From: Octopus sinensis
Taxonomy: Eukaryota
DNA length: 64,000 nucleotides
Reading direction: 5' to 3'
Assembly: GCF_006345805.1 (NCBI RefSeq)
Contig: NC_042999.1
Location: 62,806,001-62,870,000 of the forward strand
The position numbers and the translations under genes are program-made. Positions 54,671-60,600 of the stretch are shown in pieces. The notes beneath the pieces are model-generated. The model saw only the letters and a program-made list of their open reading frames with translations. It was not told where the DNA came from and made no database searches. Within the stretch, counting starts at the first letter, position 1; each line of letters begins with the position of its first letter.

Positions 54671-57600
54671 CACCAGAAATTTATATTTATTCTAATTTAC
54701 TTAAAACGAGAATATAATTTACTGAAAAAATTTCAATTCTGTAACATTTTAATTTTAATTCCAAGAAAATTTTTCATTTAATTTTGATTTCAATTCCAAG
54801 AAAATTTTAATCACACACTAAATATTCATATTTTCAATCCACAGGTTTTGTCAGATGTTTGAATGAATCACCTCAAAATAAGAAAAAAAAAAGTGTTTTG
54901 TTATCTGAGTATTAAAAAATTTAATTTTGATCTGGATAATTATATATACAGAGAAGGAATGTTTCACAAATAGTGGTAAAAGAAAAGAAACTACTTGGAT
55001 AATTAGAGATAGAAAAAAATATTTCAAGGATAAATATGCAGATAGATTATATATTTCTTTGTTTTATGTCCTGATTAAATTTTGAAGGATTTCATTAGAT
55101 AATTGTCATACATTGAATATGATTGTATATAAACATGCACACGTATATGTATCTGTGTAAGTAGACACACAACAAAATTTTGTGGAAAGACATAACTATA
55201 GGTTTCCCAAGTAACATAATGAGGTATAAAGAATATCCCAAATATTAGTAGTAAAATATTAGTGTAAATACATGTATTTAAAAATAGGAAAATTAGAAAA
55301 TTGATAATTAAAGTGAAGTTACTTACTATTTCTGTAGCAAAATGTTGCTGGATAATTGACAGTTTATACTGAGACTGGTTATCAATACAGTACCGAGGAG
55401 CAAAAGTGACTATGTTGGTATCACAGTACATACCACAACCTTGTTTCACTTCTATACCAATGGTAAAAACTCTAAATTTAAGAAGAATAAATGACCAAAA
55501 TATGCAAAACAGATATATTGATTTCAGTTTAATAGCTAGCAACAAGACACTCTCCCTTCAAATAACCAAATGAAGGAGCCATTCAATGACCAAATTTTCA
55601 TCAAATCATATCTTGACATCTCAAAACAGAGGACATATTAAACAAAGCCATCCTATATAAACTAGGCCTGATAAAAAAAAAACTCACAAAGATGAGATTT
55701 TCAATAAAAAATAGATTTCCTTTTAATCGGTAAATTAATTTAGTTAGATCTCAAAACTATTTCCCCTTTTCTTTTCTGGTTTGAGAGCCATTCCAAGTTG
55801 CTTTGGATACATCATACCCTCTTACTAAATTTACTAACTTGATAGCATTGGTTCCAATGTTGAGTTTCACAGAGGCGATGACAAGTCACTGAAACAGTTG
55901 GCAATTTGCTGTGCCTAACAAGACACATCAAGTTCAGTGAAACCATAGTTGTGGCCAGTGCTGGTGTCATGTAAAAGGCACTCATGCCAGTGACACATTT
56001 AAGCCACCTGTGCCAGTGACACGTTAACCCATTAAGTCCCAGAGTACTTAAATTTCTGAATATTACTTTTTAATTTTTACAGATCATTGAAAATAGGTTA
56101 AAATGAAAAAAATAATTATTAAAACTCCTTTACTTCAAGTAGAAATGGAAATACTCGGTGTCCTATAAAATAGGACACTGAGACAATGTGATATAGCTTA
56201 TTTAATGTTCTCATTTAGTGTCCTATTATAGGACAGTGAGACTTAATGCCAGTGATACATTAAAAACACCTGGTACACTCTGTGGAGTGGTTGGCATTAA
56301 AAGAAGTATCCACCCATGGAAACCAAGACAGACTGGAGCCTGGTGCAGCTCTCCAGCTTACCAGTTCTAATCAAACCACCTAACTCATGCCAGGATGGAA
56401 AATGGATGACGATGAAAAGGTCTTAGAAATCCTACACAAACAGGGTTATCATGGCTGGATTGCCTTTGATCATCATCATCATTTAGCGTCCGCTTTCCAT
56501 GCTAGCATGGGTTGGACGGTTCGACTGGGTTCTGGGAAGCCAGAAGGCTGCGCCAGGCCCATTAAGTATTAAGTAAATGCTAACAAATAAAAAAGAGGCT
56601 CTTACCTATTTGGACTATTTGTTGCCTTAGAAGTAATGTGCACTTGGCGTGTACCAATGCCACTGTCTAATGTAAAACGAGGACACCTGAAATTAAAATT
56701 TATTATCATTTATCACAAAACTACTATCATAGCATAGCTGTGTGGCTATGAATAAATATGTATACAGAAATCATACACAATATGCTTAATAAAGATATAT
56801 TTTGTCACACTGTGAAAATATAGCCTATGAACAAACCAAAAGAGCTTCAGTAGCTAAGTGATAAGAATATGCTACAAGTTTTAGATATTCTTCTAAATCC
56901 AGCAATTGAAACGGTTAGTAAGCGATCCCTGATGAGGGATTAATATATACAAAACTAGTCAGACACTCATCTCTTTTAGCTACCAAAGCCCTTATGGTTT
57001 GTACAACAACATTAAGATTAATATATTGGATATAATTTCCACACACATACATGCATGTGTGTGTTTATATTAGTATGTGTTTCAAAATTCAATATTTGCA
57101 TATTGCTGAATAAACCATTTTCATAATGAAAATTACTATAAAGTGGGAATGTGTGGCATAGAAGTCTTATATTAAAATATATACAAGAAGCTTCTGGGTT
57201 AAAATAGCAATACTATATAATGATTAAATTATTTTTTTCCTCTATCATCATCATCATCGTTTAGCGTCCGCTTTCCATGCTAGCATGGGTTGGACGGGTC
57301 AACTGGGGTCTGTGAAGCTGGAAGGCTTCGTCAGGCCCAGTCAGATCTGGCAGTGTTTCTACGGCTGGATGCCCTTCCTAATGCCAACCACTCCGCGAGT
57401 GTAGTGGGTGTTTTTTACGTGCCACCTGCACAGGTGCCAGACAGAGCTGGCGAACGTGTCACCAGCACGGGGCCAGGCGATGCTGGCAACGGACACAAAC
57501 GGATGGTGCTTTTACGTGCCACCGACACGGGGCCAGACAGAGCTGGCAAACGGCCACGAACGGACGGTACTTTTACGTGTCACCGGCACGGGGCCAGGCG

Positions 57601-60600
57601 AGGCTGGCAACGAACACGAACGGATGGTGCTTTTACGTGCCACTGACACGGGGGCCAGGCAGAGCTGGCAAACGGCCACGAGCGAATGGTGCTTTTACGT
57701 ATCACCGGCACGGGTGCCAGACGAGGCTGACAGCGGACACGAACGGATGGGTCACTTAACCCCTGCTTTCTGATATATGATTTGATTTTGATTGTTCTCA
57801 CTGGTCTTGCCGGGTCTTCTCACGCACAGCATACTTCCATAGGTCTCGGTCTCTGGTCATTTCCTTGGTGAGACCTAGAGTTCGAAGGTCGTGCTTCACC
57901 ACCTCGACCCAGGTTTTCCTGGGTCTACCTCTTCCACAGGTCCCCCTCAACTGCCAGGGTGTGGCACTTTTTCACACACCTATCTTCATCCATTCTCACC
58001 ACATGACCATACCAGCGCAATCGTCTCTCTTGCACACAACATCTGATTCCTCTTAGGTCCAACTTTTCTCTCAAGGTACTTACACTCTGTCGACTATGAA
58101 CACTGACATTACACATCCAACGGAGCATACTAGCTTCATTTCTCGCAAGCTTACGCATGTCCTCAGCAGTCACGGCCCATGTTTCACTGCCATGTAGCAT
58201 GGCTGTTCGTACACATGCATCATACAGTCTGCCTTTTACTCTGAGCGAGAGGCCTTTAGTCACCAACAGAGGTAAGAGCTCCCTAAACTTTGCCCAGGCT
58301 ATTCTTACTCTAGCCGTTACACTTTCAGCACACCCACCCCACTACTGACTTGGTCACCAAGATAACGGAAGCTATCAACTACTTCTAGTTTTTCCCCCTG
58401 GAAAGTGACGGAGGTTGTTTTCTGCAGATTTTCAGAGGTTAATGCTCCCGAGCATCTGCCACATACAAAAACCATCTTCCTAGTTAGCCTTCCTATGACA
58501 TTGCTGCACCTCTTATGTGTCCATAGCTTACACTTGGTGCATCTTATAGAGTTTCTACCTACACATTTTCTACAGATCTATAAATTTATGAAATGGAGTA
58601 GTGGTTCTTAATATTTCTTAAAGACAGAATTTGGAAAAAGATAGAAAAATAATAACTTGTGTTTTTGAAAAATTCTGTTAAAAAAAATTTGGTTCTGCAC
58701 AGAAATTTCAAATGATTCAATATGCAATGTGACGTAACATTTTTGGTAGAACTAAGGCAACAAATCAGTAGAGTCATTAGCATGCTGGGTAAAATGCTTA
58801 GCAGTATTTTGGCCGTCTTTACATTTTGAGTTAAAGTTCTTCCAAGGTGGACTTTGCCTTTCATCCTTTTGGGATTGATAAAATAAGCACCAGTTGAGCG
58901 CTGGGATCAATGAGATTGACTTACCCCTCCCCTGACATTGCTGGCCTCATGCCAAAACTTGAAACCAATATTTCTGGTAGAACTGTTCCTTTATGAAAAG
59001 TAACATTATAATCAAGTGATATACAAGAATTTTCTTACCACTGAAGAAGTACACTCTCTGCTGCTACAGTTTGTCTCCCAGCTCTCATAGAACATCTGAG
59101 AAAGAAAGAAAATTATGTGATATACAAAGAGACACATACATGTTCGCACGTATGACAGTGAACATGAGAGAGTGTATGTATGTTTGCTAAAAAGAATAGC
59201 CAAATTTCACAAGGGATTAATTCCAACAGAAAGTTTAAGAATCAAGAAAATTTAAGTCTCTTTAAAAAGAAGCATTATTCATTTAGATTGCAATTCTGAA
59301 ATAGTGAAGTTTATAAACAACTAGATTACCTATGACCTGTTGGGTCACCAATAGTTCAAGATAGCCGAAAATAGCACGTATCTCTGGAACCCATGGTCCA
59401 ATTTACATGAAACTTTTCTTATTCCATTTGTATTCCCATTTCAAGGGCACCTTACTTTCAGAGTACTTTCCCATTATGTGCCAGTTTGGCTGTATTAAAT
59501 TACAGACACACACACAAGCAAGCACGCAAACAAAACTATCCAGGTGTTCACAGTAAAGGGCAATAACTCCAGGTTTCACTGCTTAAATTTGTGGAACCCC
59601 CCCCCCCACTGCATCTCGGGAATCCATCGTCCGATTTACACGAAACTTGTTTTATTCTGTTTGTATTCATATTTCAGGGGTACCTTACTTTCAGAGTATT
59701 TTCCCATTATGCACTAGTTTGACTGTATTAAATGAGAGACAAGCATGCAAGCAAACAATCACAGACTTTTAGTACTATATAGATAAATAATTTTGACTCT
59801 GGTATTCCTAATCAGCTTCTGTAGCTATATAAGATGATCACAGCTGGAATGCCGAAGATCAATAATTAAATACCAAAAAATTCATTCAGAAAAAAGAATA
59901 CAATACATACCTGGTTGGACACTCTTTGTCAGTAAAACTGAAAAGTAAAGGTGTGACACTTTTTGCTCTTTCGTGGTCTTCTGATTGACCTGCAGCTTCT
60001 AGTCTGGTGCCATCTTGTTTGAAAATTAATGGGATGCCGGATTTGTTGACAAGCCAATAGGGAGCTGAGATTTGGAGCTACCAATAAAAAACAAAATATG
60101 ATAACTATTATTGTTTTACAAGCAATTGATAACATTCCAGTGAACTGAGATGGAATTTGGTCTCAGTTTTTGAGTCAAGTTACTTCTTTGCTTTCAATTA
60201 TCATCATCATTTAACGTCCGTTTTCCATGCTAGCATGGGTTGGACGGTTTGACTGGGGTCTGGGAAGCCAGAAGGCTGCACCAGGCTCCAGTCTGATCTG
60301 GCAGTGTTACCACAGCTGGATGCCCTTTCTAACGCCAACCACTCTGGTGTTAGGAAGAGCATCCAGCTGTAGAAACACTGCCAGATCAGACTGGAGCCTG
60401 GTGCAGCCTTCTGGCTTCCCAGCTTTGGGAAAGCACAAAGATCAAAACATTTCATTCCTATTTCATAAAATATAGTGTAGGGATTTCAGCCAGGTCAAAC
60501 CATTACTAATGTTTTACAAAAGAGCAAATTTTTAGAGTTTGTTTGAAGTCATGAGATTAGAGATAACAAATTGGACGTATTTATAGACGATAAATCTATC

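Noticed and set aside
57407-57750. CRISPR-like repeat-spacer appearance (also at 21950-22185 and 52190-52400)
   Set aside because: The putative spacers are homologous to each other, the array sits in a LINE 3' UTR, the DNA is eukaryotic, and there are no cas genes.
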